From: a virus
Taxonomy: Duplodnaviria > Caudoviricetes
Direction: 5' to 3' (one strand)
Length of the DNA stretch: 64,000 nt
Virus record (IMG/VR): IMGVR_UViG_3300046779_001841
Span: 160,001 to 224,000 of that record
The position numbers and the translations under genes were made by a program. Numbering within the stretch: the first letter of the stretch is position 1; each line of letters starts with the position of its first letter. Positions 39,601 to 47,777 of the stretch are shown here, piece after piece. The notes under the pieces were generated by a model. The model ran no database searches, was not told the origin of the DNA, and worked only from the letters and a program-made list of their open reading frames with translations.

Positions 39601-40107
39601 CAATAATCTTAAACTTTCCTTGAAGAATGGCTTCTTATTCAAGGTCTTGATCATTTCATATGCAGGTGATGTAACAGTTTCTAATTTTGCATCTGGATCG
39701 TTTGTAAAATTTGTCCAAATCTTCTTTAATTCTTCTTCAATAAAAGCATCCACTTTATTGACTTGAATACGCAAATCAGTCCAAATATCTGTTAAGACAT
39801 CATCATCTTCTCTATTGATGAAAAAAGTCTTATACCACAAATATGCTTTTGCCAAATTCTCATCCAAAGGATACTTGGAAAAAGAAGTATCTATCTTTTT
39901 AGATGCTACTTTTTCTGTTAATTCATCAATCAGATATTCTTCAAGTTCAATCAATTCTACATAATGATTAAACAAATAAGCACCTGCACCTTGTACTTTA
40001 CCTTTGGTTTGGTCATTTCGACTTGGATTTTTGACATACCATAAGAATTGACCCTTAAATGGATTTCGACTTCTATTTGGATTACTGATAAGTTTTACAA
40101 CAGGCAT
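33682..40107 (-). CDS. Giant SNF2-family ATPase + GNAT protein, paralogue B (intact ATPase motifs)
   Basis: QIEALAWL, ALDTGVGKT (Walker A), LIVGP, IFDEVN (Walker B), LLTGS, SSYARGFNLQ, QRTARAFRQGQ. GNAT-like APNSIGNRALF...GAGG...GYYVWPKFGYNA. Confidence 0.85.
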   Translation of the reverse strand: MPVVKLISNPNRSRNPFKGQFLWYVKNPSRNDQTKGKVQGAGAYLFNHYVELIELEEYLIDELTEKVASKKIDTSFSKYPLDENLAKAYLWYKTFFINREDDDVLTDIWTDLRIQVNKVDAFIEEELKKIWTNFTNDPDAKLETVTSPAYEMIKTLNKKPFFKESLRLLSAWIQLVCKAKNIPYEISEKFTTSGAKFDVFTLHETKTDAVLQLERVRELKEKYSQYEQSLIKDKLSRSGAYTDYKSVDGDMLDLYFNNKEQNISPSDVLKQRKKKFIENDAVLALMTRAGTGIDFTTDTESVALDKALSFNQKAITRSLKEETERRYSQVGLFIQSIIEKNDKFDLTIYNYIEMNYYLISPRIPTGVQFSLKSLLTKLKQSKIDSASKYQFILKQWFNAQGFDIELEPYKEIFNNLSAVLKTEERYEDLMSWVNFAQAKKQERQEWLNDKKKNISDAYKKLKELEKPNSIVNGKTLQQEIKEKQEEFLKKANIIYSQHLGTIEGENRLSAYEVYQQKRLESDLKNKSIRDALPEIVTRTVTNEAGQRVKKHELVFKHIKKVPVYKKDNAGNVLMVDGQPVQEIEMGSDGNPKLDSLNNTIPIFTEVKLNIPSVTVEKLSDEMVDAIPGVEREIELSDDTAVKRTNPLKFAHMVKVKTTTINGITKDIITRGPFKGFSVEDLANATGRLTGDGKCYSVSSNGEIVSIYESIETDSGEVKVNYDALEEPYITWARDRFLIGLPNDIKHTPERKAIKKLSDTRASMEVVPGSEKRRWSFYFEGDDYEAIKDCLGSCLMSKKAHEELQKYYKMLLQKDRALQPENLAKFTPQAIGGFKAEVLPNKPLKFNNKQIEALAWLQSNGLKGVMALDTGVGKTLVGVASMQLASKEKPNAKFLIVGPDRLVGNFMGELKFFLEEAVAENLTNRTTEIGYTEFVRMYEEGADFKQYYCMIFDEVNEALKGKKAQAISNVKHPRKILLTGSALEKSPMDLFRFVSLSTGNPVDPTKEKAFMDKYAVNIGGKFVGVKPEVRHQFNNWVKQNAYFADKMDVDYEEAGQVALQPLQKLTTNVNMPKEVAVAYKEISDIISVQMNQIKDRYSLLLADTPIEEIPASVQREKDFAVGNLKDKISLLHMFSLNPHKAMEKFNKMKGNPPKEYTFSNPKIDQAEELAVQFLTGNAPKRTLYFTEDNDVAKKTVIKLSLRIPTKVHALCLSNAIVFYQAGKPLTKGRVTKKTKIQNFMVKELTEEQIKERLEQAGLTTEQIEKRMGRTAAATVEPQEEDMTWAVNTVKKFIAKNNQVSTMVANSSYARGFNLQQFKAVVHLDRDGWDSEELKQRTARAFRQGQEDAVIEVMVDAVMPQEMAGDITIDKLRGLVHEVDQKFFSDIITTSGAINLSANYDSIEHSKVTEKATKPNLENFARALAPTREMQLKIEERERGLREDPVKYTQLDPNRFNHPSFQNLSASSKKTVDLMGLSGIANVAPEHIQFNYGNASSYGDWILTMERTINNDYVKNNIFKTSKCAPNSIGNRALFTQLISMKKEGKSTLKTLGAGGWGSFNPETGLSETNEFIGYYVWPKFGYNAQVGIQVDSMKERAKKFEKMVIEKLGSSSVSNTTFNLVVPVQPQKPVRPERITTGIDPNTLIGQRSTGDAMLEQKKSLAIGIFGVSNYDELKRRIERSLGSNVSDFLNYMYFAKRNIDEEKEKHINLRLVINQAYRNNLYPLTTFNTIDPMTLEPGSGRFYDHRDRAYMVHYNNTQRQGALNEFTNRLNLFNQFVTPLLTQQNSVLITLFNKIQDTKRPLDQAEIQDVYDLAVQRTEEANIDFSRKLAEYEVKMEEYNQAMVIYNQSLANYDAEKQRFEAESYKFINAFSLDLKEIRSDIQAGVYSSEIKNWLGNDGATAYDVRYAKAAYIIQKSGKISPNGYIDIVDLYDITSRDENGKTFRAGEEYWKRYGSSQHYELDLNSNSKSYKKLTKYMNQKAKEAGFETLEQYLASPVEPFNTTRENCWRRFFEDDLPSVGRLPKSDQIQILKSYSKDLKDVLLKMEESKRIELLKKIRTWKERNPEASNIRVAKKKFADEEFQSYEQMMAESAEQDSELLSSIDQELANEEKVKEIQKEISVLKGDLKPVSNPFTKKKGK

Positions 40108-40192
40108 TTTAAACCCCTTTTCTTTCTAAAAAAAAGTAATCTTTCTATGATACATACATTCCATAAATTTAATAATTATTAAACCACCAACA

Positions 40193-43100
40193 CTATTTCT
40201 TTTTTCCAAATGGATTTGTTACTGGTTTCAAATCACCTTTTAATACTGATATTTCTTTTTCTACTTGTTTCACTTTTTCTTCATTCGCTAGTTGTTCATC
40301 TAAAGCAACCATCATATCGCTATCTTGCTCTGCCATTTCATACATCATTTGTTCATAAGTCTTTGTACCACTCTCTATTGAAGCAAAACGAATATTTTCA
40401 GTAATGCGATTGAGCATCTTCCATTTTTTAAAAGTTTCTAAAAACTCTCCTACATAATATTGAGTTTCATTCATAAGAACATATTTTAAATCATTGCGAT
40501 AAGCCTTAATTACTTGTAACTTTTCTTCTCTGTTCATTTTAATATTGCCATCATTCAAGAAAGAAATCCAGCAAGTAATCTTTTTAGTATTAAATGGTTC
40601 AATAGGTAAGGATAAGTATTCTTCCAAGTTTTCACAACCAGCTTCTTTGACTTTATGATTCACATACTTTGTTAGTTTTTTATATGACTTGGAATTTGGA
40701 TCTACACTTAACTCGTATTCTGTACCCGTACCTACAAATTTCCACCACTCTTCTCCTGCTTTAAAGATTTTCCCATCGGATTCTTTAAATGTTATTTCAT
40801 ATAAGTCTAAGATTTCTATCAAACGACTTATTTTATTTGATAATTTTAGATAGAACGCAGACTTAGCATATCTTACTTTCCACCAATCTTTACCATTTCC
40901 CAACCATGATTTAATTTCTGATGTATATACATCTGCATCAAGATCTGCTTGAATTTCTTTTTTATCTATTTTGAAACTTGAGATGTCATTAATTTTTTGT
41001 TGAAAAAATCCATTAAATTCTTTCTCATATCTTGCATGAATTTGTTCATATACACTCACTGCTTGATTATACTCTTCTAAATCTTTTTGATATTTCTCTA
41101 CTCTCTCATCATAGATTTTCATCGTTTCTTCATATTCAATATTATTTTCTATTTGCACTTGCTTCATGTCTTCATAAATAGGTTGCATTTCTTCTACCGA
41201 TAATGGCATATCGGTATCTTGGATCTTATTGAATAATGCTATTTTTTCTGGATAATTTTTCATCAATGGTGTTGCAAAAAAATCCCATTGACTATTTAGT
41301 CTTTTTTCCCTTTCTATATCCTGTAAAACAGCATTGTGTAATTGCCAATCTACCATATCTTGAGGATATTTAGGTGTTTCTGTTTTTTTGAGATTCTTTT
41401 TATGAAAGGGAAAAAATTGTATTTCAAATCCAGAATAATAAGCAATTCTATTTTCTATATGATATGCTACATCTTCTGAATAGTTCTTTTTTTTAAAATA
41501 TCCATAATCTCTTACAATTTTAAAATCATCTTTTGCAAATTGAGAACCCATAGCACCTAGTCTTTGATCAACATATAAAGCAAATGCACGAACAGTTTTT
41601 TGTGGTGTAGTCGAAGCCAGTATCGCTTTTAATTGTAATTGTTTTCTTTCTTCACTAGAACCACTATTTGTCATCAATTCTTCTATGTCTAAATCTAATT
41701 CATAGTTTTCTTTGTATGGTCGTTCTCCTACATCTAGTGGATCAGGTGCTATGGGTTTTACTCCATCTGTAATCGCTTCAGTCCATTTTAATTTTTGGCT
41801 TACCATCTTTGCAAAGATGTTCGCAAATTCTTCTATTTGATCTAAATTAAGAAGAACTTCAGCATTATAACCAAATTTCGGCCACACATAATATCCTATG
41901 TAATTTTGACCTTTTGCTTCTCCTGTTTCAGGATCAAAAGAATTAAAACTACCTGCACCTAAACAAGCGATAGCATCTAATTTAGCTTTTTTGACTGCAA
42001 CAAGTTGACTAAATAACACATGAGTTCCTAATCCATTTGGCGCACAATAATTTGTTGTAAAAGCATCATTCCAAATATAATTCTCACCATAATATTTTCT
42101 TCTATCTGTACCATGTAGTGTAGTAATCCAATCTCCAACAGATTTCATTTCATTTTCTCTATCCGATGTCAATCTAAATTTAATATGTTCTGATGCAATA
42201 TTCGTAATACCTGTAAATCCTGTTAAATCTAGCATTTCTTTTTCATGTTCTGATAGATTTTCCATCGATGGATGGTTAAAACGATTTGGATCTAATTGTG
42301 TATATTTAATTGGATCTTCTCTTAATCCTTTTTCTCTCTCTTCTATCTTTGCCAACATTTCTCTTGTTGGCAATAATGCTCTAGTAAAATTCTCTAAATT
42401 CACTTTCTTGCTTGTTGTTAATTTTTCTATCGCTTCATATTTTTTTGTCAAATCCAAAGCACCACTTTCTCTAAGAATTTCACTAAAGAACTTTTGATCT
42501 ACCTCTTGCACTCGATCTCTTAGTTCATCTATTGATGTTGATCCTCCTACCACTGCATCCAAGATATATTCTGTTACAGGTTCTTCTTTTCCTACACCTT
42601 GTAGTCTTGCAGTTCTTTGCTTTAATTCTTCGCTATCCCATCCATCTCTATCTAAATGCACCACTGCATTGAATTGTTGTAAATTAAATCCCCTTGAATA
42701 AGATGAATTGGCAACCATCGTTGCGACTTGATTATTCTTAGCAATAAATTCCTTTACAGTCTTTACTGCCCAAGTTACATCTTCTTCTCCTATTTCATCT
42801 TCTTCTCTTGCCACTCTTCTCATTCTATCGTCTATCTCAACTTGTGATAATCCAGACCTTGACAAATTCTTTAGAATTTCTTCATCTTTAAGTTCTTCCA
42901 ACATAAAATTTTGAAGTTTGGTATTCTTATTCACAACACCTTTCTTTAAAGGCTTTCCTGCTTGATAAAAGACAATACTATCAGATAAACATAGTGCATG
43001 GATCTTGGTCGGTATTCTTAATGAAATCTTAATGATTGTCTTTTTTGCCACATCTGCATCTTCAGTGAAATATACTGTTCTCTTTGAATTTTCTACTAAA

Positions 43101-46100
43101 TGAACTGCAAGTTCTTCAGCTTGGTCAATTTTAGGATTACTGAATGTATATTCTTTTGGTCTATTTCCTTTTAATCTATCATACTGCACCATTGCTTTAT
43201 GTGGATTTAAACTAAATAGATGTAGTAATCCAATCTTATCTTTCAAGTTTCCTAATGCAAAATCTTTTTCTTTTTGTAAATCAGCTGGCATATCCATCTG
43301 GTTGAAAGAAAGATTAGAATATCTAACTGACATCTCTGTTAAAACTTCTTGAATTTCTTGAGCAATATCTTGATATGCACTCGCTACTTCGTCTGGCATA
43401 TTTACAGTTTGTGTTGTTTTATATAGATTTGTATAAATATACTTTTCCATAAAATGAATGTTTTGTTTCATCCATGTATAAAACTCATCTTTCACTTCAG
43501 GTTTAATGCCTACAAACTTACCACCTATCTCAACTGCATATTTCTCAACAAATGCTTTCTCTTTGTCTTTATCTACTACATTTCCAGTCGATAAATATAC
43601 AAGCCTAAATAAATCCAAAGGTGAAGATTGAATTGCACTATCTGTTAATAAAATCTTTCTTGGATGTTTTACATTTGTAATCGCTTCAACTTTATCACTA
43701 TTCATTTCTATATTCGCATCATCTAACACTAAACAATAATATTGTTTGAAATTAAAGTTTTGCTTATATCTCTGGATATATTCCGAATATCCTATCTCTT
43801 CTATGCTTTGTCTTAAATTAAAAATATAAAGATATTCTATATATTCTTCTATTCCAGAGATATATGAACCTACAAAACGATCTGTATTTACTATTAAAAA
43901 CTTCACATCAGGTAGCTTCTGTGTTGCAAGTATCAAACTTAATATAAAAAAAATCTTATTCTCTCCATATTCTCTAGGTAGTGATACAACTCCTTTGTAA
44001 TCATTTTTCTCTAACCATGCTAAAGCATTAATCTCACCTGTTGAAAACGCTAAGTATGGATTAATTCCTTTTAATTTTTCTTCTTGATAGTTTTCTCTCT
44101 CAGTAATACTTAATTTTAATTTTAACATCTCATAATACTTACGCAACTCTTCATGTGCTTTCTTAGACATTAAACATGAACCTAAACTATCTTTTATCAC
44201 TTCATAATCACTACCACCAAAATAAAAAGATAGATGACTACCTGCAACCATCTCCATTGATGTTCTATACCGAACTAAATTTTTTAATGTCTTAATTTCT
44301 GGTGCATACTTCTTATCTTTTGGCAAACATATCAAGAAACGATCTCTTGCCCAAGTAATATATGGTTCTTCTAACACATCAATATTTACTTTTACTTCTC
44401 CACTATCTATATCTATACTCTCATACCTAGACACTATCTCACCTTTTGTATTCATAGAATAACTTTTACCATCACCTATGATGCGACCTGTAATATTTGA
44501 TAAATCTTCAACAGAAAATCCTTTGAAGGGTCCTCTAGTAATAATATCTTTAGTGATACCATTAATAGTGGTGGTCTTTACCTTCACCATGTGTGTAAAT
44601 CTTAATGGATTATCTGTATGATCGTCTGATAACTCGATTTCTCTTTCTACACCAGGAATAGCATCTATCATTTCATCAGATAGTCTATCTACTGAATATG
44701 ATATTGTATCTAAGACTACATCTTTAAATACTGGTATAAGATTGCCTTTACTATCAAGTATGGTTTCTTGAACAGGTTGTCCATCTACCATTAAAACATT
44801 TCCTGCATTGTCTTGCTTATATACAGGTATCTTGTTTAAGTTTCTAAATACCAATTCATGTTTCTTTACTTTTTGACCTGCTTCATTAACTGTTCTTGTA
44901 ACAATCTCTGGCATATTGTTTTTTGAAAATGTTTTTCGTAATTCACTTTTCAATTTAATTTGCAGATAAACATCATAGGCACTTTGATTATAGTCAGGTT
45001 CGATCACACCAAATTTTTCACTATATATAGTTTTCGCTTTCTTTAAATACTCTTCTTGTTTCTCTTGAACTTCTTGTTGAAGTGTTTTCCCATCTACAAC
45101 AAGACTTGAATTTTCAAATTTTTTCAATTTTTGATAGAAGGATTGTACATTTTCTCTTACTTCATTAAACTTTTCATCTTCTCTTGCTTTTACACTACGA
45201 GCATAAGATTGCATATCAAGAAGGATTAAAAAATCATCTTGTGATGGTATTATATCTTTCAACATTAACCAAGTATTGGTATGTGGTTCTTGATTTATAT
45301 TCCAACCTTGTTCTGCCATCCATTCTGTTAAAATATCATAATAAGCATCTGCACTACCTATTTTAGATTTTCTCAATTTACCCATCAAAGATTTTTGTGC
45401 GGATACACTACTAAGTAGTTTTTTATTGACTATCCTATATTCAATAAAATTGAGAATGGACACAAACATTTTATTTTGTATCGCAAATCTTAGATTTTTA
45501 GTCATTTCACTATCTTGTTTTGAACCTATTTCACCTATACAAGCCGACCAAACTCGTTCGTTCTTTTCTCTTTCTAAAAATGAAATTGCTTCTTTCTCAC
45601 TAGATAATAATCTTTCAGATGTCATTCTATATTCATTTGAAAAATCTATTTCATCTCTTTCATTTACTAGATTGCTAATATATGTTTGTTTTCTTTCTTT
45701 GATTAGATCTTCTCTTTTCACTTGAATATTCGTTTGATCAAAATACAATTCCAAGAAATCATCATCAAGTCTTTTTGTTTGTGTAAATGCACCTGTTCTT
45801 AATAATTTCTCTTTAATCAAAGATTTCTCATACTCACTATATTTCTTTTTGATCTCTTTTACTTGTTTTACTTGCACATCCACAGGCACTGATTTACTTG
45901 ATACCTTGAAAGTATCAAATTTTGCACCACCAGGTAAAATTCTTTCGGTAATCTCATATTGAATATTTTTATATTTGCATACCAACTGAATCCATGCAGA
46001 CATCAGTTTTAAACTTTCCTTGAAGAATGGCTTCTTATTCAAAGTATTGATAAAAGGATAGATCTTCTCTTTTATATAATTATCACCAGTCCAAATCTTC

Positions 46101-46465
46101 TTCAATTCTTCTTCAATGAAAGCATCTACTTTGTTGATATTGATTCGCAAATCAGTCCAAATATCTGTTAATTCATTATCGTATTCTTCATTCTTAAAGA
46201 AAGTCTTATACCATAGATATGCCTTAGACATATCTTCATCCAAAGGATACTTTGAAACATTTGTAAAATCACCATTTTCTACTTTTTTTGTTAAGTAGTC
46301 ATTAAGATGATCTTCAAGTTCAATCAATTCTACATAATGATTGAATAAGAAATTCCCAGCACCTTGCACAACACCATTATTATGGTTTCGCATAGCGAGT
46401 AGGAATTGACCTTTAAATGGATTTAAACTTCTATTTGGATTACCAATAAGTTTTACAACAGGCAT
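40193..46465 (-). CDS. Giant SNF2-like (degenerate ATPase) + GNAT protein, paralogue C
   Basis: Collinear with B. Walker A position SLPREYGEN, Walker B LDDAN, motif III LLTDS, motif VI QRTARLQG. GNAT-like APNGLGTHVLF...GAG...GYYVWPKFGYNA is retained. Confidence 0.8.
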   Translation of the reverse strand: MPVVKLIGNPNRSLNPFKGQFLLAMRNHNNGVVQGAGNFLFNHYVELIELEDHLNDYLTKKVENGDFTNVSKYPLDEDMSKAYLWYKTFFKNEEYDNELTDIWTDLRININKVDAFIEEELKKIWTGDNYIKEKIYPFINTLNKKPFFKESLKLMSAWIQLVCKYKNIQYEITERILPGGAKFDTFKVSSKSVPVDVQVKQVKEIKKKYSEYEKSLIKEKLLRTGAFTQTKRLDDDFLELYFDQTNIQVKREDLIKERKQTYISNLVNERDEIDFSNEYRMTSERLLSSEKEAISFLEREKNERVWSACIGEIGSKQDSEMTKNLRFAIQNKMFVSILNFIEYRIVNKKLLSSVSAQKSLMGKLRKSKIGSADAYYDILTEWMAEQGWNINQEPHTNTWLMLKDIIPSQDDFLILLDMQSYARSVKAREDEKFNEVRENVQSFYQKLKKFENSSLVVDGKTLQQEVQEKQEEYLKKAKTIYSEKFGVIEPDYNQSAYDVYLQIKLKSELRKTFSKNNMPEIVTRTVNEAGQKVKKHELVFRNLNKIPVYKQDNAGNVLMVDGQPVQETILDSKGNLIPVFKDVVLDTISYSVDRLSDEMIDAIPGVEREIELSDDHTDNPLRFTHMVKVKTTTINGITKDIITRGPFKGFSVEDLSNITGRIIGDGKSYSMNTKGEIVSRYESIDIDSGEVKVNIDVLEEPYITWARDRFLICLPKDKKYAPEIKTLKNLVRYRTSMEMVAGSHLSFYFGGSDYEVIKDSLGSCLMSKKAHEELRKYYEMLKLKLSITERENYQEEKLKGINPYLAFSTGEINALAWLEKNDYKGVVSLPREYGENKIFFILSLILATQKLPDVKFLIVNTDRFVGSYISGIEEYIEYLYIFNLRQSIEEIGYSEYIQRYKQNFNFKQYYCLVLDDANIEMNSDKVEAITNVKHPRKILLTDSAIQSSPLDLFRLVYLSTGNVVDKDKEKAFVEKYAVEIGGKFVGIKPEVKDEFYTWMKQNIHFMEKYIYTNLYKTTQTVNMPDEVASAYQDIAQEIQEVLTEMSVRYSNLSFNQMDMPADLQKEKDFALGNLKDKIGLLHLFSLNPHKAMVQYDRLKGNRPKEYTFSNPKIDQAEELAVHLVENSKRTVYFTEDADVAKKTIIKISLRIPTKIHALCLSDSIVFYQAGKPLKKGVVNKNTKLQNFMLEELKDEEILKNLSRSGLSQVEIDDRMRRVAREEDEIGEEDVTWAVKTVKEFIAKNNQVATMVANSSYSRGFNLQQFNAVVHLDRDGWDSEELKQRTARLQGVGKEEPVTEYILDAVVGGSTSIDELRDRVQEVDQKFFSEILRESGALDLTKKYEAIEKLTTSKKVNLENFTRALLPTREMLAKIEEREKGLREDPIKYTQLDPNRFNHPSMENLSEHEKEMLDLTGFTGITNIASEHIKFRLTSDRENEMKSVGDWITTLHGTDRRKYYGENYIWNDAFTTNYCAPNGLGTHVLFSQLVAVKKAKLDAIACLGAGSFNSFDPETGEAKGQNYIGYYVWPKFGYNAEVLLNLDQIEEFANIFAKMVSQKLKWTEAITDGVKPIAPDPLDVGERPYKENYELDLDIEELMTNSGSSEERKQLQLKAILASTTPQKTVRAFALYVDQRLGAMGSQFAKDDFKIVRDYGYFKKKNYSEDVAYHIENRIAYYSGFEIQFFPFHKKNLKKTETPKYPQDMVDWQLHNAVLQDIEREKRLNSQWDFFATPLMKNYPEKIALFNKIQDTDMPLSVEEMQPIYEDMKQVQIENNIEYEETMKIYDERVEKYQKDLEEYNQAVSVYEQIHARYEKEFNGFFQQKINDISSFKIDKKEIQADLDADVYTSEIKSWLGNGKDWWKVRYAKSAFYLKLSNKISRLIEILDLYEITFKESDGKIFKAGEEWWKFVGTGTEYELSVDPNSKSYKKLTKYVNHKVKEAGCENLEEYLSLPIEPFNTKKITCWISFLNDGNIKMNREEKLQVIKAYRNDLKYVLMNETQYYVGEFLETFKKWKMLNRITENIRFASIESGTKTYEQMMYEMAEQDSDMMVALDEQLANEEKVKQVEKEISVLKGDLKPVTNPFGKKK

Positions 46466-46536
46466 TTTACCAAGTCCTTGAATTTTATACTTGAATGAAG
46501 ATTATTTTAAACAATAGGATATAAATATAAATAGTA

Positions 46537-46917
46537 TTAAATCTTTTCGATCTCATTTGTAATGGATAATTTATCTGTTCTATCCATCATAAACCATTCA
46601 ACACTCACTGGTTCAAATTGTGCAAATTTACCAAATACTGTTTCTTTATCAAATTCTTTACATGAATATACATCTAATTGAATAAGACCAGGACTATCTT
46701 CATCCCACACATGAATTGCAATATGTGATGTTTCAATAATTGTAACAGCTGTTAAACCTCTGTTGCCTGCTTTGTCTAAATACACTGCATGGGGTCCACT
46801 TAAAATTTTCATATCAATCGCATTGATTAAATCTTTTAACCATGTTTCAATAATATCTGTTGCCATAGGTGGCTTATTTACATAAGCACGGATTACGATA
46901 TGTTGATGTTGTAACAT
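46537..46917 (-). CDS. speD: S-adenosylmethionine decarboxylase-like proenzyme (pyruvoyl)
   Basis: H..I, GLTAV.IIETSHIAIHVWDE and QLDVYSC match class 1 AdoMetDC. The Ser of TSH is the putative self-cleavage site. Confidence 0.85.
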   Translation of the reverse strand: MLQHQHIVIRAYVNKPPMATDIIETWLKDLINAIDMKILSGPHAVYLDKAGNRGLTAVTIIETSHIAIHVWDEDSPGLIQLDVYSCKEFDKETVFGKFAQFEPVSVEWFMMDRTDKLSITNEIEKI

Positions 46918-46976
46918 CTATACCTTCTTTCTTAAAAAATGTTTTTTTAAGATATACAAAAAAGTTTTAATCATTA

Positions 46977-47408
46977 TTAAAATTCTAACATTCTTACTAC
47001 AATATATCCTCGCCTCCATGCTTCAATTAAATTTCTCTTTATTAAATTCATATCACCATCTACAATAAAACACTCTGGACAATCTTTATTCCTAAAATCA
47101 CACTTATTCGTATATGATGGACAACCTTTCTTTTCTACACATACACTATTCTTTATAGGCACTAATTTCAAACATCCTTTTGGATCTCTTAATCCACTCT
47201 GCATTAAACTTTTTGCATCACCTCTTAATGCACGATCTATATCTTCTTCTGATAGAACAGGCACTAACTTTTCCCAATCTTTTTCTTTTTCTAAGTCTTT
47301 ATACTCACCCCAATTACTATCATCTTTTGGTATTATTCTAGCTAGTTTTGGATTGCCATATCTTTCATCTGGTATCACACAAAAGATCATTCCATTTTCT
47401 CTATACAT
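46977..47408 (-). CDS. Hypothetical protein with Cys-rich motif
   Basis: C.....C......C......CPEC cluster. Function unknown. Confidence 0.5.
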   Translation of the reverse strand: MYRENGMIFCVIPDERYGNPKLARIIPKDDSNWGEYKDLEKEKDWEKLVPVLSEEDIDRALRGDAKSLMQSGLRDPKGCLKLVPIKNSVCVEKKGCPSYTNKCDFRNKDCPECFIVDGDMNLIKRNLIEAWRRGYIVVRMLEF

Positions 47409-47777
47409 TTAATTGTATCCTTTTTTCTTTTCTTCTATTTCTTTTACTGATTGCTCCACCATGTCTTGATCAAATATATCATGATCTGTAATTTGTTCTA
47501 AGACTTTCTTACTCGCACATAAGATATAAGATAAAATCTTTGTTTGATTTTCATCATTATTCACAATCAGTTTATGGTGTGGCAAAATATGAAACACATT
47601 TAATAACTGACCAATCTTAATCCATACTTTTAAAAGATCTTCTTCATTATCAAAATCGTTTGAACCAAAATAATATGTTTGTGCGAGTTGGCTTATTAGA
47701 TACTCAAATCCATCTTGATTAAATACATTGCTTGGCAATAAATCTCTATCATCTTCATTCTTGTCTTTCATTTTCAA
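47409..47777 (-). CDS. Hypothetical protein
   Basis: 122-aa acidic ORF within the tightly packed minus-strand operon. Confidence 0.5.
   Translation of the reverse strand: MKMKDKNEDDRDLLPSNVFNQDGFEYLISQLAQTYYFGSNDFDNEEDLLKVWIKIGQLLNVFHILPHHKLIVNNDENQTKILSYILCASKKVLEQITDHDIFDQDMVEQSVKEIEEKKKGYN

Noticed and set aside
40168-40183. Perfect 16-bp palindrome tttaataattattaaa between giant genes C and B
   Set aside because: A/T only, single copy, and plausible by chance in this composition.
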